Positions 53,172-61,057 are shown, counted from the first letter of the stretch. The stretch: 64,000 bases of DNA from Chloroflexota bacterium (GCA_040754915.1 JBFMCB010000001.1:4443-68442); one strand, 5' to 3'. The notes: generated by a model from the letters alone, not told the origin. Numbers and translations: made by a program.

Positions 53172-53939
53172 ATGAGCAGACAGTTGTACGGCTATTTCCG
53201 AACCGAATCCTTTCCGACGCCGTTTTGCAGCGGATGCGGCCACGGCACGCTCATGGCGGCCTTGATCCGGGCCATTAACTCTTTGAACTGGGACATGAGT
53301 GAGGTGCTCTTCGTCTCCGGCATCGGCTGCGCCGGGTGGATACCCAGCCCTCACTACGCCGCCGACACCCTGCATACCACTCACGGCCGGCCCATCGCCT
53401 TTGCCACCGGAGCTAAGCTATTCAATCCCCGGTTGAAGGTGGTGGTCGTCGGAGGCGACGGTGACATTGCCTCCATCGGCGGTAACCACCTGATCCATGC
53501 TGCCAGGCGCAACACCGACCTCACGGTGATATGCGCCAATAACATGATCTATGGCATGACCGGGGGACAGGTAGCGGCGACGACCCCACCCGGGGCGATA
53601 ACCGCCACCACCGAGGCAGGCAACCCCGACCGGGCCTTCGACCTCTGCCGCCTGGTAGAGGCCGCCGGTGCCACGTACGTAGCCCGCAGTACGGTTTATC
53701 ACGTGGTGCACCTGGTCAAGGTCTTGAAGAATGCGCTGCAGCACCGGGGTTTTGCCTTTGTGGAAGTGCTCTCCTCCTGTCCCACCCACTACGGCCGGCG
53801 CAACAGTGCGGCCTCTCCCACGGACATGCTGAACCTGTACAAGGGCCTCTGCGTCGGCCTGGATTCGGCGGCCCGAGACTCGGCGGCGATTCAAGGGAAA
53901 ATCCTCATCGGCGAGTTCGTAAGAGGTGGCCGAGCATGA
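53172..53939 (+). CDS. korB: 2-oxoacid:ferredoxin oxidoreductase subunit beta (TPP-binding)
   Basis: FCSGCGHG, TPP-binding GDGD (VVVGGDGDIASIGGNHLIHAARRN), CANNMIYGMTGGQ. Confidence 0.85.
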   Translation: MSRQLYGYFRTESFPTPFCSGCGHGTLMAALIRAINSLNWDMSEVLFVSGIGCAGWIPSPHYAADTLHTTHGRPIAFATGAKLFNPRLKVVVVGGDGDIASIGGNHLIHAARRNTDLTVICANNMIYGMTGGQVAATTPPGAITATTEAGNPDRAFDLCRLVEAAGATYVARSTVYHVVHLVKVLKNALQHRGFAFVEVLSSCPTHYGRRNSAASPTDMLNLYKGLCVGLDSAARDSAAIQGKILIGEFVRGGRA

Positions 53940-54262
53940 GAATCAAGGTGCGAATGGGGGAACCTCTGTGGAAAGCCGTGGGCCAGAAGATGATAACGCT
54001 GGCCCTTCCGGACAAGGACAACACTCTAGCTGACGTGCTAGAGGCCCTGGTGGCCACCTACCCCAATCTGGAAAGCGAGCTCCACGGCAGCGGTGAGAGG
54101 CGGGAGTTCTATTACACGCTTTTCCTGAACGGCCAAATCGCGAGTTTTTCCGAGAGGGCCAAGGTGCCGGTTCAAGAGGGAGACGAGGTGTTGATCCTGC
54201 TCCCAGTGGCCGGGGGCTCAGGCTATATTTCTTTACTAGATGAAGAAAGCCAGAGCCGTTGA
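53936..54262 (+). CDS. MoaD/ThiS-family beta-grasp (ubiquitin-like) protein with internal GG followed by a 14-aa C-terminal tail
   Basis: 108 aa, ATGA-coupled to korB; ...EGDEVLILLPVAGGSGYISLLDEESQSR: a Gly-Gly where MoaD/ThiS proteins normally end, plus extension. Confidence 0.6.
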   Translation: MRIKVRMGEPLWKAVGQKMITLALPDKDNTLADVLEALVATYPNLESELHGSGERREFYYTLFLNGQIASFSERAKVPVQEGDEVLILLPVAGGSGYISLLDEESQSR

Positions 54263-54287
54263 CTTCTTTGGATCATTGTGCTAGTAT
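54259..54287 (+). promoter_or_regulatory. sigma-70-type promoter TTGACT-17-TAGTAT (with TGn extended -10) for the acyl-CoA dehydrogenase/etf operon, giving a roughly 230-nt leader
   Basis: -35 at 54259-54264 overlapping the moaD-like stop, 17-bp spacer, -10 at 54282-54287. Confidence 0.5.
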
Positions 54288-54523
54288 CGTGTGCGTATAT
54301 TTTCACAAGCTTCGTCATTTCACAGGCAGTTTTGGCATTCCAAAGCCGGGACAAGCATCCTGAGGCCAGAAAAAGGAAAAATAACCTGGAATGAAGCAAG
54401 TTGCTTTCGAACGGCTGATGCCTGGATAGGCTAACCCCTCTTCCTTTTCCGCACCATCTTTCCCTCGTCTCAGGGCTCCGCGCCCAGATTTCGAAAACCA
54501 AAAACACCTAAGGAGGGACAAGG

Positions 54524-55666
54524 GTGTACCGGCTAGCCGATGCGCAAAGGATGCTCCAGGCTGTCGTTCGCGAGCTGGCTCAGGAGAAGATCGCGCCCCG
54601 GGCGGCGGAGATTGACGACAAGGGCGAGTATCCCTGGGACATGAAAGAGCTCCTGGCGCGACAGGACCTCCTGGCATTGCCCTTTCCCGAGAAGTACGGC
54701 GGCACCGGATCGGACCTATTTACTTTTTGTTTGGTAGTGGAGGAGATCGCCAAGGTTTGCGCCTCTTCGTCGCTCATCGTCCTCGTCCAGGCCCTGGGCT
54801 CCTTTCCGATCCTGATCGCCGGGACAGAGACCCAGAAACAGAGGTATTTCCCCAAGCTGGCCTCCGGGGATTGGCTTGCTGCCTTTGCCCTGACCGAGCC
54901 CGGCGCGGGCTCCGATGCAGCGGCCATGAAGACCAGGGCGGTCCTTGAGGGAGACCATTACGTCCTGAACGGCAGCAAGTGCTTCATTACCAACGCCGGC
55001 ATCGCCCAGGTCTACTCCGTCTTCGCCATGACCGATCCCCACAAGGGAGTGAAAGGCATCAGCGCCTTCATCGTGGACGCCGATTCGCCCGGCTTTCGCC
55101 TGGGCAAGATCGAGCACAAAATGGGCATCCGAGGCTCCCAGACCGGTGAACTGGTCTTCGACAACTGCATAGTTCCGGTGGGTAACTTGCTGGGCAACGA
55201 GGGCGATGGCTTTAAGATCGCCATGATGACTCTGGACAAATCACGCCCGGGCGTGGGTGCCCAGGCCGTGGGCATCGCCCAGGGTGCTCTGGACTACGCC
55301 GCCAGGTATGCCAAGGAACGGGTTCAGTTCGGCGCTCCCATTGCCAACCTGCAGGCCATCCAGTTCATGCTGGCGGACATGGCCATGCAGGTGGAGGCGG
55401 CCAGGTGCCTGGTATACGAGGCCGCGGCCAGGGTGGACGCCGGAGAGAAGGGAATCACCATGTCCTCGGCCATGGCCAAGTGCTTCGCCGGGGACGTCGC
55501 CATGCGGGTCACCACCGATGCCCTGCAGGTGTTGGGGGGCTATGGTTACATGAAAGAATACCCCCTGGAGCGCATGATGCGAGATGCCAAGATAACGCAG
55601 ATCTACGAGGGCACCAATCAGATCCAGCGCCTGGTCATTGCCCGGGCCTTGTTGGCCAGCTATTAA
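54524..55666 (+). CDS. acyl-CoA dehydrogenase (short/medium-chain, butyryl-CoA dehydrogenase-like)
   Basis: GTG start after SD AAGGAGGG; LTEPGAGSDAAAMKTRA, catalytic-glutamate region IYEGTNQIQRLVIARALL at the C-terminus. Confidence 0.9.
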   Translation: MYRLADAQRMLQAVVRELAQEKIAPRAAEIDDKGEYPWDMKELLARQDLLALPFPEKYGGTGSDLFTFCLVVEEIAKVCASSSLIVLVQALGSFPILIAGTETQKQRYFPKLASGDWLAAFALTEPGAGSDAAAMKTRAVLEGDHYVLNGSKCFITNAGIAQVYSVFAMTDPHKGVKGISAFIVDADSPGFRLGKIEHKMGIRGSQTGELVFDNCIVPVGNLLGNEGDGFKIAMMTLDKSRPGVGAQAVGIAQGALDYAARYAKERVQFGAPIANLQAIQFMLADMAMQVEAARCLVYEAAARVDAGEKGITMSSAMAKCFAGDVAMRVTTDALQVLGGYGYMKEYPLERMMRDAKITQIYEGTNQIQRLVIARALLASY

Positions 55667-55670
55667 GAGA

Positions 55671-55690
55671 TTTCTTTGCTAGTAAAGAAA
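55671..55690. repeat. CTAG-centred palindromic motif TTTCTTTGCTAGTAAAGAAA (copy 2 of 3), 5 nt after the acdh stop
   Basis: One mismatch (G/A, G-U compatible as RNA) from a perfect 20-bp palindrome. Confidence 0.6.
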
Positions 55691-55734
55691 TCACCACGGA
55701 CGAGGCAAACTAATCATCATCGCGGAGGTGTGAA

Positions 55735-56514
55735 TTGAACATCGTCGTTTGCGTCAAACAGGTCCCCGATACCACGGCCGAGAAGCGGCTGGACGCCAAT
55801 CTACGGCTGGACCGGGCCAGCGTGGACAACATCATCAATCCCTTCGACGAGTATGCCATTGAGGAAGGCCTGCGCCTCCAGGAGGCCCACGGCGGTGAGG
55901 TGGCGCTGCTCTGCATGGGCACGGAATCGGCCCAGGAGACCCTACGAAAAGGACTGGCCATGGGGGCCGATCGGGGCGTGTTGGTGACCGATCCAGCGTT
56001 AGCGGGCTCCGACGCCTGGGCCACTTCCTACGTACTGGCCCAGGCCTTGAAGAGGATGAGCTATGACGTGATCCTCTGCGGCATGCAGACCACCGACTCC
56101 GGCACCGCTCAGGTGCCGGGGGGAGTGGCCGAGTTTCTGGGCCTGCCCCAACTGACCTGGGCCAACAAGGTGGAGATCTCCGATGGAAAGGCCACCATCC
56201 AGCGACAGAGCGATGCCGGCTACGACGTGGTGGAGGCACCGCTGCCGGTGGTGATCAGCGTGATCAAAGGCATCAATGAACCCCGCTATCCATCTCTCAA
56301 AGGGATCATGCAGGCCAGACGCAAGGAACTGCAAATCTGGTCCCTGGATGACCTGGGGATCAGCCAAGACATGGTGGGAGTGCTGGGCGCCAAGACGAAG
56401 GTGCTGGGTTACTCCCGGCCGGCGCCCCGGGCGAAAGGCCAGCTCATCCAGGAGGATAGCCAAACGGCAGCGACCAGGATCGCCGATTTCCTGGTCCAAG
56501 CCAGGGTGCTGTAG
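55735..56514 (+). CDS. etfB: electron transfer flavoprotein subunit beta
   Basis: TTG start after SD GCGGAGGTG; (M)NIVVCVKQVPDTTAEKRLD... is the EtfB N-terminus; 259 aa. Confidence 0.9.
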   Translation: MNIVVCVKQVPDTTAEKRLDANLRLDRASVDNIINPFDEYAIEEGLRLQEAHGGEVALLCMGTESAQETLRKGLAMGADRGVLVTDPALAGSDAWATSYVLAQALKRMSYDVILCGMQTTDSGTAQVPGGVAEFLGLPQLTWANKVEISDGKATIQRQSDAGYDVVEAPLPVVISVIKGINEPRYPSLKGIMQARRKELQIWSLDDLGISQDMVGVLGAKTKVLGYSRPAPRAKGQLIQEDSQTAATRIADFLVQARVL

Positions 56515-56545
56515 AGACGCTCAATTTACTTTAAGGAGGACTGCC

Positions 56546-57532
56546 TTGGGCACGGCGAATGTCATATGGGTCTATGCCGAGCTGAGCGGCAAGGAGCCCA
56601 AGAAGATTGCCCTGGAGCTCATGACCAAGGCCCGGGAGCTGGCCGAGGCCATGGGCGGCAGTGCCGCTGCTGTGGTCCTGGGAACCGGGGCCAGGACCGC
56701 CGCGGAGAAGCTGGCGCAGCACGGGGCCAGTGTGGTCTACGTGGCTGAGGATGAACGGTTCGGCAATGTCCTGACCACCCCCCACGCCGACGCGCTCTCC
56801 GGCCTGATCAAAGAGAAGTCGCCCCGGGCCGTATTATTCGGCGCCACTAACTCCAGCAAGGACATCGCGGCCAGGGTTTCAGCCCGCCTGGGGCTGGGTG
56901 TGATCGCCGACGCTATTGCCATACAAGTAAACGGTAACGAGCTACACGTGGTCAACCCGGCCTTCGGAGGCAGCCTGCTGGTGACCAGCACCTTTACCGA
57001 TGCCAACACCGCCTTCATCATCGCCCGGGCCAAGGCCTTTGCCGCCGAGGAGAGGCCCCAGCCACTGAAGATAGAGGAGGTAAAGCCAGTTTACACCGCA
57101 GCGCCCCAAGCCAGGATCACCGGTGCGGTGGCCCAACCGGAGGCCCGGGTCAGCCTGGAGGAGGCGAACGTCATCGTCTCCGGGGGCCGGGGGCTGGGGG
57201 CGCCGGAGAACTTCAAGCTGGTGGAGGAGCTGGCCCAGGCGTTTGAGGCAGCGGTAGGGGCCTCCCGTGCGGCCGTGGATGCTGGCTGGATCAGCTACCC
57301 CCATCAGGTAGGACAAACGGGCAAGACCGTCAAGCCCAAGGTCTACATCGCCTGTGGCATCTCCGGGGCCATCCAGCATAAGGTGGGCATGCAGACCAGC
57401 GACATCATCATCGCCATTAACAAAGACCCTGATGCGCCGATTTTCAGCTTCGCCGACCTGGGTGTGGTGGGCGATCTCCACCAGATCGTCCCGCTCCTGG
57501 CGAAGGAGATCAGGAAGCGCAAAGGGGCTTAG
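56546..57532 (+). CDS. etfA: electron transfer flavoprotein subunit alpha
   Basis: TTG start 56546 after SD AAGGAGGA (5-nt spacing); ...ANVIWVYAELSGKEPKKIALELMTKAREL; C-terminal FAD-binding region (KVYIACGISGAIQHKVGMQTSDIIIAINKDPDAPIFSFADLGVVGD). The track ORF's 5' part overlaps etfB out of context and is rejected. Confidence 0.9.
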   Translation: MGTANVIWVYAELSGKEPKKIALELMTKARELAEAMGGSAAAVVLGTGARTAAEKLAQHGASVVYVAEDERFGNVLTTPHADALSGLIKEKSPRAVLFGATNSSKDIAARVSARLGLGVIADAIAIQVNGNELHVVNPAFGGSLLVTSTFTDANTAFIIARAKAFAAEERPQPLKIEEVKPVYTAAPQARITGAVAQPEARVSLEEANVIVSGGRGLGAPENFKLVEELAQAFEAAVGASRAAVDAGWISYPHQVGQTGKTVKPKVYIACGISGAIQHKVGMQTSDIIIAINKDPDAPIFSFADLGVVGDLHQIVPLLAKEIRKRKGA

Positions 57533-57539
57533 GCCGCCG

Positions 57540-57576
57540 CCCCGATGTCCCGGAGTTGAACTCCGGGACATCGGGG
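57540..57576. repeat. 37-bp perfect palindrome CCCCGATGTCCCGGAGTT-G-AACTCCGGGACATCGGGG (full-length REP-like copy), intergenic etfA / Fe-S oxidoreductase
   Basis: Read directly; 18-bp arms. Confidence 0.8.
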
Positions 57577-57602
57577 TCATCCTCGTCCCATAGGGGGCTT
57601 TC

Positions 57603-59684
57603 ATGGGGTCGATCTTCCGCGACACCTTCTGGAACGTACCGGTGTGGGCTCAGGCCGTCCATTACCTCCTGTCCATAGCCGCCCTGCTCATTCTCAGCTA
57701 CGGCGTCTACCGGCGGGTCTCCCTCTGGCGCCAGGGCCAGAAAACCCCCCGATGTCCCGGAGTTAAACTCCGGGACATCGGGGGTTCTTTACTAGTAAAG
57801 AAGCGGGTGAAGGCCTTTCTGCTCTACGCCATCGCACAGTTGCGCCTGCTCAGGGAGAGGTATCCGGGGATAATGCACCTCTTTATCTTCTGGGGCATGG
57901 TGGTCCTCTTCCTGGGCACGGCCACGGTCACCCTGGACTATGACGTGGCCCACCTGATATTCCGGACCCAGTTTCTAACCGATGGATTCTACCTGGTTTT
58001 CAAGCTTACTTTGGACATCTTAGGCGCCTTGCTCATCGTTGGCGTGCTCCTGGCGGCTTACCGGCGCTACGTCCTCCGCCCTTCGAGGTTGGATAACCTC
58101 TGGCAGGATGCCTATCAGCTCGGGATGCTCTTCGCCATCGGGCTCATGGGCTTTCTCCTGGAGGCCATGCGCCTCGCGGCCTTTAAGCAGCCGGAGGTGG
58201 CCATCTGGTCTCCGGTGGGCTATCTTCTGGCTCAGCCCTTCTGGGGCGTCACTAAGGAGACCATCCGGCCCTACTATGTGGGAACCTGGTTCGTCCACTC
58301 CACCATGGCCCTGGTCTTCATCGCCAGCCTGCCCTACACTAAGCTCTGGCACATCGTCGCCTCTCCGACCAACATCTTCTTCCGCTCCTTGAGGCCAGCC
58401 GGGGAGCTCTTGCCCATCGAGAACCTCGAGGAACAGGAGACCTTCGGTGTGGGGAAGTTCGAGGAATTCACCTGGAAACAGCGCCTGGATTTCGATGCCT
58501 GTACCCGCTGTGGCCGCTGCCAGGACGCCTGTCCGGCCTGGGCCAGCGGCGCCTCGCTCTCCCCCAAGAAACTGATCCTGGAGCTGCAGCAATGCATGCT
58601 GGAAAAGCCCACCCTGGATACCCCCGATGTCCCCCCGATGTCCCGGAGTTCAACTCCGAGACATCGGGGGACATCGGGCTCGAAAGACCTGCACGGGAAG
58701 GTGGTGGCCGCCGACGAGCTCTGGGCCTGCACCACCTGCCGCGCCTGTGTGCAGGAGTGCCCGGTCTTCATCGAGCACGTGGATACCATTGTGGACATGC
58801 GCCGCTATCTCACCCTCTCCGAGGGGGCGGTGCCGGCGACTACCGCCACCACCCTGAAGCAGATGACTAACCAAGGTAATCCATGGGGGCTCTCCAAGAA
58901 TGACCGGCTGAAGTGGGCTGAGGGTCTGGACGTGAAGGCCATCGCCCCGGGCCAGGAGGTGGAGTATCTCTATTGGGTGGGGTGTTCGGCAGCTTACGAC
59001 GCGCGAAACCAGAAGGTGGCAAAGGCCATGGTGCGGGTGCTTAAGGCGGCCGGGGTGGACTTCGCCATCCTGGGCAACCAGGAGAGATGCTGTGGGGACT
59101 CTGCCCGGCGCTTAGGTGAGGAGTACCTCTTCCAGACTCTGGCCATGGAGAACATCGATAATCTAAAGAAATACCGTTTCCAGAAGATCGTCACTGCCTG
59201 CCCCCACGGCTACAACACGATCAAGAACGAGTACCCGCAGCTCGGCGGAAATTACACCGTCATCCACCACACTGAGTTATTGGCCCAGTTGGTCCAGGAG
59301 GGAAGGCTCGAGCTTTCCAGGCCTTTATACAAGAACATCACCTACCACGATTCGTGCTACCTGGGCCGGTACAACGACATCTTCCAGGCACCCCGCCAGG
59401 TATTGGCCGCCCTCCCCGGCGCTCTGCTCAAGGAGATGGACCGGTCTGGCGATCGGGGCTTCTGCTGCGGCGGTGGCGGCGGCCAGATGTGGATGGAGGC
59501 CAAGGTAGAAAAACGGGTGAACCACATTCGGCTGGAGGATGCCCTGTCGATCAAGCCGGACTGTGTGGGCACCGCCTGCCCCTTCTGCCTGACCATGTTC
59601 GTGGACGCGGCGAAGGTCAAGGGCATCGAAGACTCCTTACCGGTAAAAGACGTGGTGGAGCTCATCGCCGAAGCCTTGGTTTAG
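57603..59684 (+). CDS. membrane-anchored Fe-S oxidoreductase (NarI-like N-terminal membrane domain, 2x[4Fe-4S] ferredoxin motifs, two CCG/HdrD-like Cys-rich domains); putative Etf:quinone oxidoreductase
   Basis: 693 aa; 5 N-terminal hydrophobic helices; CTRCGRCQDACP and CTTCRACVQECP cluster motifs; CCG-domain motifs (CSAAYDARNQ...CCGDSA; CYLGRYN...GFCCGGGGG). Gene order acdh-etfB-etfA-FeS matches syntrophic butyrate oxidiser loci as I recall them. Contains two in-frame palindromic-repeat insertions. Confidence 0.85.
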   Translation: MGSIFRDTFWNVPVWAQAVHYLLSIAALLILSYGVYRRVSLWRQGQKTPRCPGVKLRDIGGSLLVKKRVKAFLLYAIAQLRLLRERYPGIMHLFIFWGMVVLFLGTATVTLDYDVAHLIFRTQFLTDGFYLVFKLTLDILGALLIVGVLLAAYRRYVLRPSRLDNLWQDAYQLGMLFAIGLMGFLLEAMRLAAFKQPEVAIWSPVGYLLAQPFWGVTKETIRPYYVGTWFVHSTMALVFIASLPYTKLWHIVASPTNIFFRSLRPAGELLPIENLEEQETFGVGKFEEFTWKQRLDFDACTRCGRCQDACPAWASGASLSPKKLILELQQCMLEKPTLDTPDVPPMSRSSTPRHRGTSGSKDLHGKVVAADELWACTTCRACVQECPVFIEHVDTIVDMRRYLTLSEGAVPATTATTLKQMTNQGNPWGLSKNDRLKWAEGLDVKAIAPGQEVEYLYWVGCSAAYDARNQKVAKAMVRVLKAAGVDFAILGNQERCCGDSARRLGEEYLFQTLAMENIDNLKKYRFQKIVTACPHGYNTIKNEYPQLGGNYTVIHHTELLAQLVQEGRLELSRPLYKNITYHDSCYLGRYNDIFQAPRQVLAALPGALLKEMDRSGDRGFCCGGGGGQMWMEAKVEKRVNHIRLEDALSIKPDCVGTACPFCLTMFVDAAKVKGIEDSLPVKDVVELIAEALV
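57746..57784. repeat. 39-bp perfect palindrome CCCCCGATGTCCCGGAGTT-A-AACTCCGGGACATCGGGGG located in-frame inside the Fe-S oxidoreductase CDS (encodes TPRCPGVKLRDIGG)
   Basis: Read directly; lies in the loop after the first TM helix; reading frame uninterrupted. Confidence 0.8.
57785..57802. repeat. CTAG-centred perfect palindrome TTCTTTACTAGTAAAGAA (copy 3 of 3), in-frame inside the Fe-S oxidoreductase CDS immediately after the REP-like copy
   Basis: 18-bp perfect palindrome abutting 57746..57784; encodes SLLVKK. Confidence 0.6.
58621..58678. repeat. about 58-bp nested palindrome (CCCCCGATGT + CCCCCCGATGTCCCGGAGTT-C-AACTCCGAGACATCGGGGG + ACATCGGG) in-frame inside the Fe-S oxidoreductase CDS between the two ferredoxin-type Cys motifs
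   Basis: Outer-arm unit CCCCGATGT duplicated; one arm mismatch (CCGAG vs CCGGG); encodes ...DTPDVPPMSRSSTPRHRGTSGS... Confidence 0.8.
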
Positions 59685-59706
59685 AGGCTCAAAAGTGTCA
59701 GAGGCA

Positions 59707-59726
59707 TCCCCGATGTCGACATCGGG
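59707..59726. repeat. 20-bp perfect palindrome CCCCGATGTC-GACATCGGGG (outer-arm-only 'minimal' copy), intergenic Fe-S oxidoreductase / acdh
   Basis: Shares the CCCCGATGTC outer arms of the long copies but lacks the CCGGAGTT inner arms. Confidence 0.7.
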
Positions 59727-59754
59727 GCGATTCTGCGAAAGGGGGTAAACGACT

Positions 59755-60966
59755 ATGGAATTCAGACTGACCACGGAGCAGGAGCTGTTCAAGAAGATGG
59801 TCCGGGAATTTGTGGACAAGAAGGTGTTCCCCCGGGCTAGAGAGATTGACTCAAGCGATGCCAATCTGCCAGAAGACATTCTTAGAGAGATGGCCGGCCT
59901 GGGCATCTTCGGCGTGACCATCCCGGAGAAATACGGCGGCACGGCGATGCCCGGCGAGGAGATGGTGTACGCCATGCTGGCGGTGCACGAACTCGCCCGG
60001 GGCGACATATCGATGTCCCTGCCGGTGTACACGCTGTTGTGCCTGGGCTGGGGCTATCTGGTGACTCGCTTAGGCACCGAGCAACTGAAAAAGGAACTTC
60101 TCCCCAAGGTCGCTGCGGGCCAGGCCTTCCTGGGCATCTGCACCACGGAGCCTAGCGGCGGCTCTGACCTGGCAAGGATCACCACGACAGCGGTCAAGAA
60201 GGGTGACGGGTACGCCCTTAACGGTGAAAAGGTGTACATCTCCGGCTGCAAAGAGGCGGCCAAGCGCGGCGGCGGCCACCTCACCCTGTTCCGCACCGAC
60301 CCCGCGGCAGGCATCAGGGGCATGACCTTTGCCTACGTGCCGGTGGACACCCCCGGTCTCGCCTGGAAGATGTACGAGGACATGGGCCGGGGCGGCCTCT
60401 CCACCAGCGGCATCATCTACAAAGGCGTGGAAATCCCCAGCTACTACGTCTTGGGCCAGGAAAACCGGGGGTTCCACGCCGCGATGGAAGGCTTCAACGT
60501 CGCCCGGACCCTGGTGTCAGCGGCATGCACCGGTGGTGCCGAAAAATCCCTGGAGATGGGTGCGGAGTACATCAAACAGCGAAACCTGTTCGGGCAGCCA
60601 TTGGCCAAGTTCCAGGGAATTTCGTTCGAGATCGCCGAGGACCGGGCCAAGCTGTACATGCTGATGAACACGCTGCTCAAAGGCGCCTGGATGATCGACC
60701 AGTTCTACCGGAATGGCAGCTTCAGCCGCAAGGAGATCAATGAGATCGTCGCCATCTGCAAGCTCACCGCGCCATCCCTGGCCCTGGACATCGTCAAGCA
60801 TGCCATGACCTACTACGGAGCCTTCAGCTTCACCAAGGACTGCCCGCTGGAGATGTGCTTGCGGGGCCTGATGTCCTACGTGGTGGGCGCCGAGGGGGGC
60901 GCGAACATCATGAAGATCATCATCGGCCGGGAGTTCATCGGCGACATTTCTGTGGCGTATCGATAA
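59755..60966 (+). CDS. acyl-CoA dehydrogenase (second paralog)
   Basis: 403 aa; IPEKYGGTAM, CTTEPSGGSDLARITTTA, C-terminal ANIMKIIIGREFIG region. Confidence 0.85.
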   Translation: MEFRLTTEQELFKKMVREFVDKKVFPRAREIDSSDANLPEDILREMAGLGIFGVTIPEKYGGTAMPGEEMVYAMLAVHELARGDISMSLPVYTLLCLGWGYLVTRLGTEQLKKELLPKVAAGQAFLGICTTEPSGGSDLARITTTAVKKGDGYALNGEKVYISGCKEAAKRGGGHLTLFRTDPAAGIRGMTFAYVPVDTPGLAWKMYEDMGRGGLSTSGIIYKGVEIPSYYVLGQENRGFHAAMEGFNVARTLVSAACTGGAEKSLEMGAEYIKQRNLFGQPLAKFQGISFEIAEDRAKLYMLMNTLLKGAWMIDQFYRNGSFSRKEINEIVAICKLTAPSLALDIVKHAMTYYGAFSFTKDCPLEMCLRGLMSYVVGAEGGANIMKIIIGREFIGDISVAYR

Positions 60967-60978
60967 ACCAAAAGCAGG

Positions 60979-61057
60979 GTAGTCCGTAGTCCGTGGTCCA
61001 TAGTCCGTTGACTAACGACCACGGACCAATGACCAATGACTAGGGACCAAGGACTAC
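60979..61057. repeat. heptamer-periodic inverted array: GTAGTCC GTAGTCC GTGGTCC ATAGTCC GTTGACTAAC GACCACGGACCAATGACCAATGACTAGGGACCAAGGACTAC
   Basis: Four direct (R)TAGTCC-like 7-mers followed by their imperfect inverted counterparts (GGACCAA/GGACTAC), immediately upstream of the fixC RBS. Confidence 0.6.

Noticed and set aside
56276-56545. 5' portion of the track's 418-aa ORF 56276..57532, overlapping etfB in another frame
   Set aside because: EtfA homology begins only at TTG 56546, which has a strong SD. The upstream part has no Met, is Trp/Arg/Cys-rich, and overlaps the conserved etfB gene.
56942-57625. 227-aa minus-strand ORF antisense to etfA
   Set aside because: Shadow ORF.
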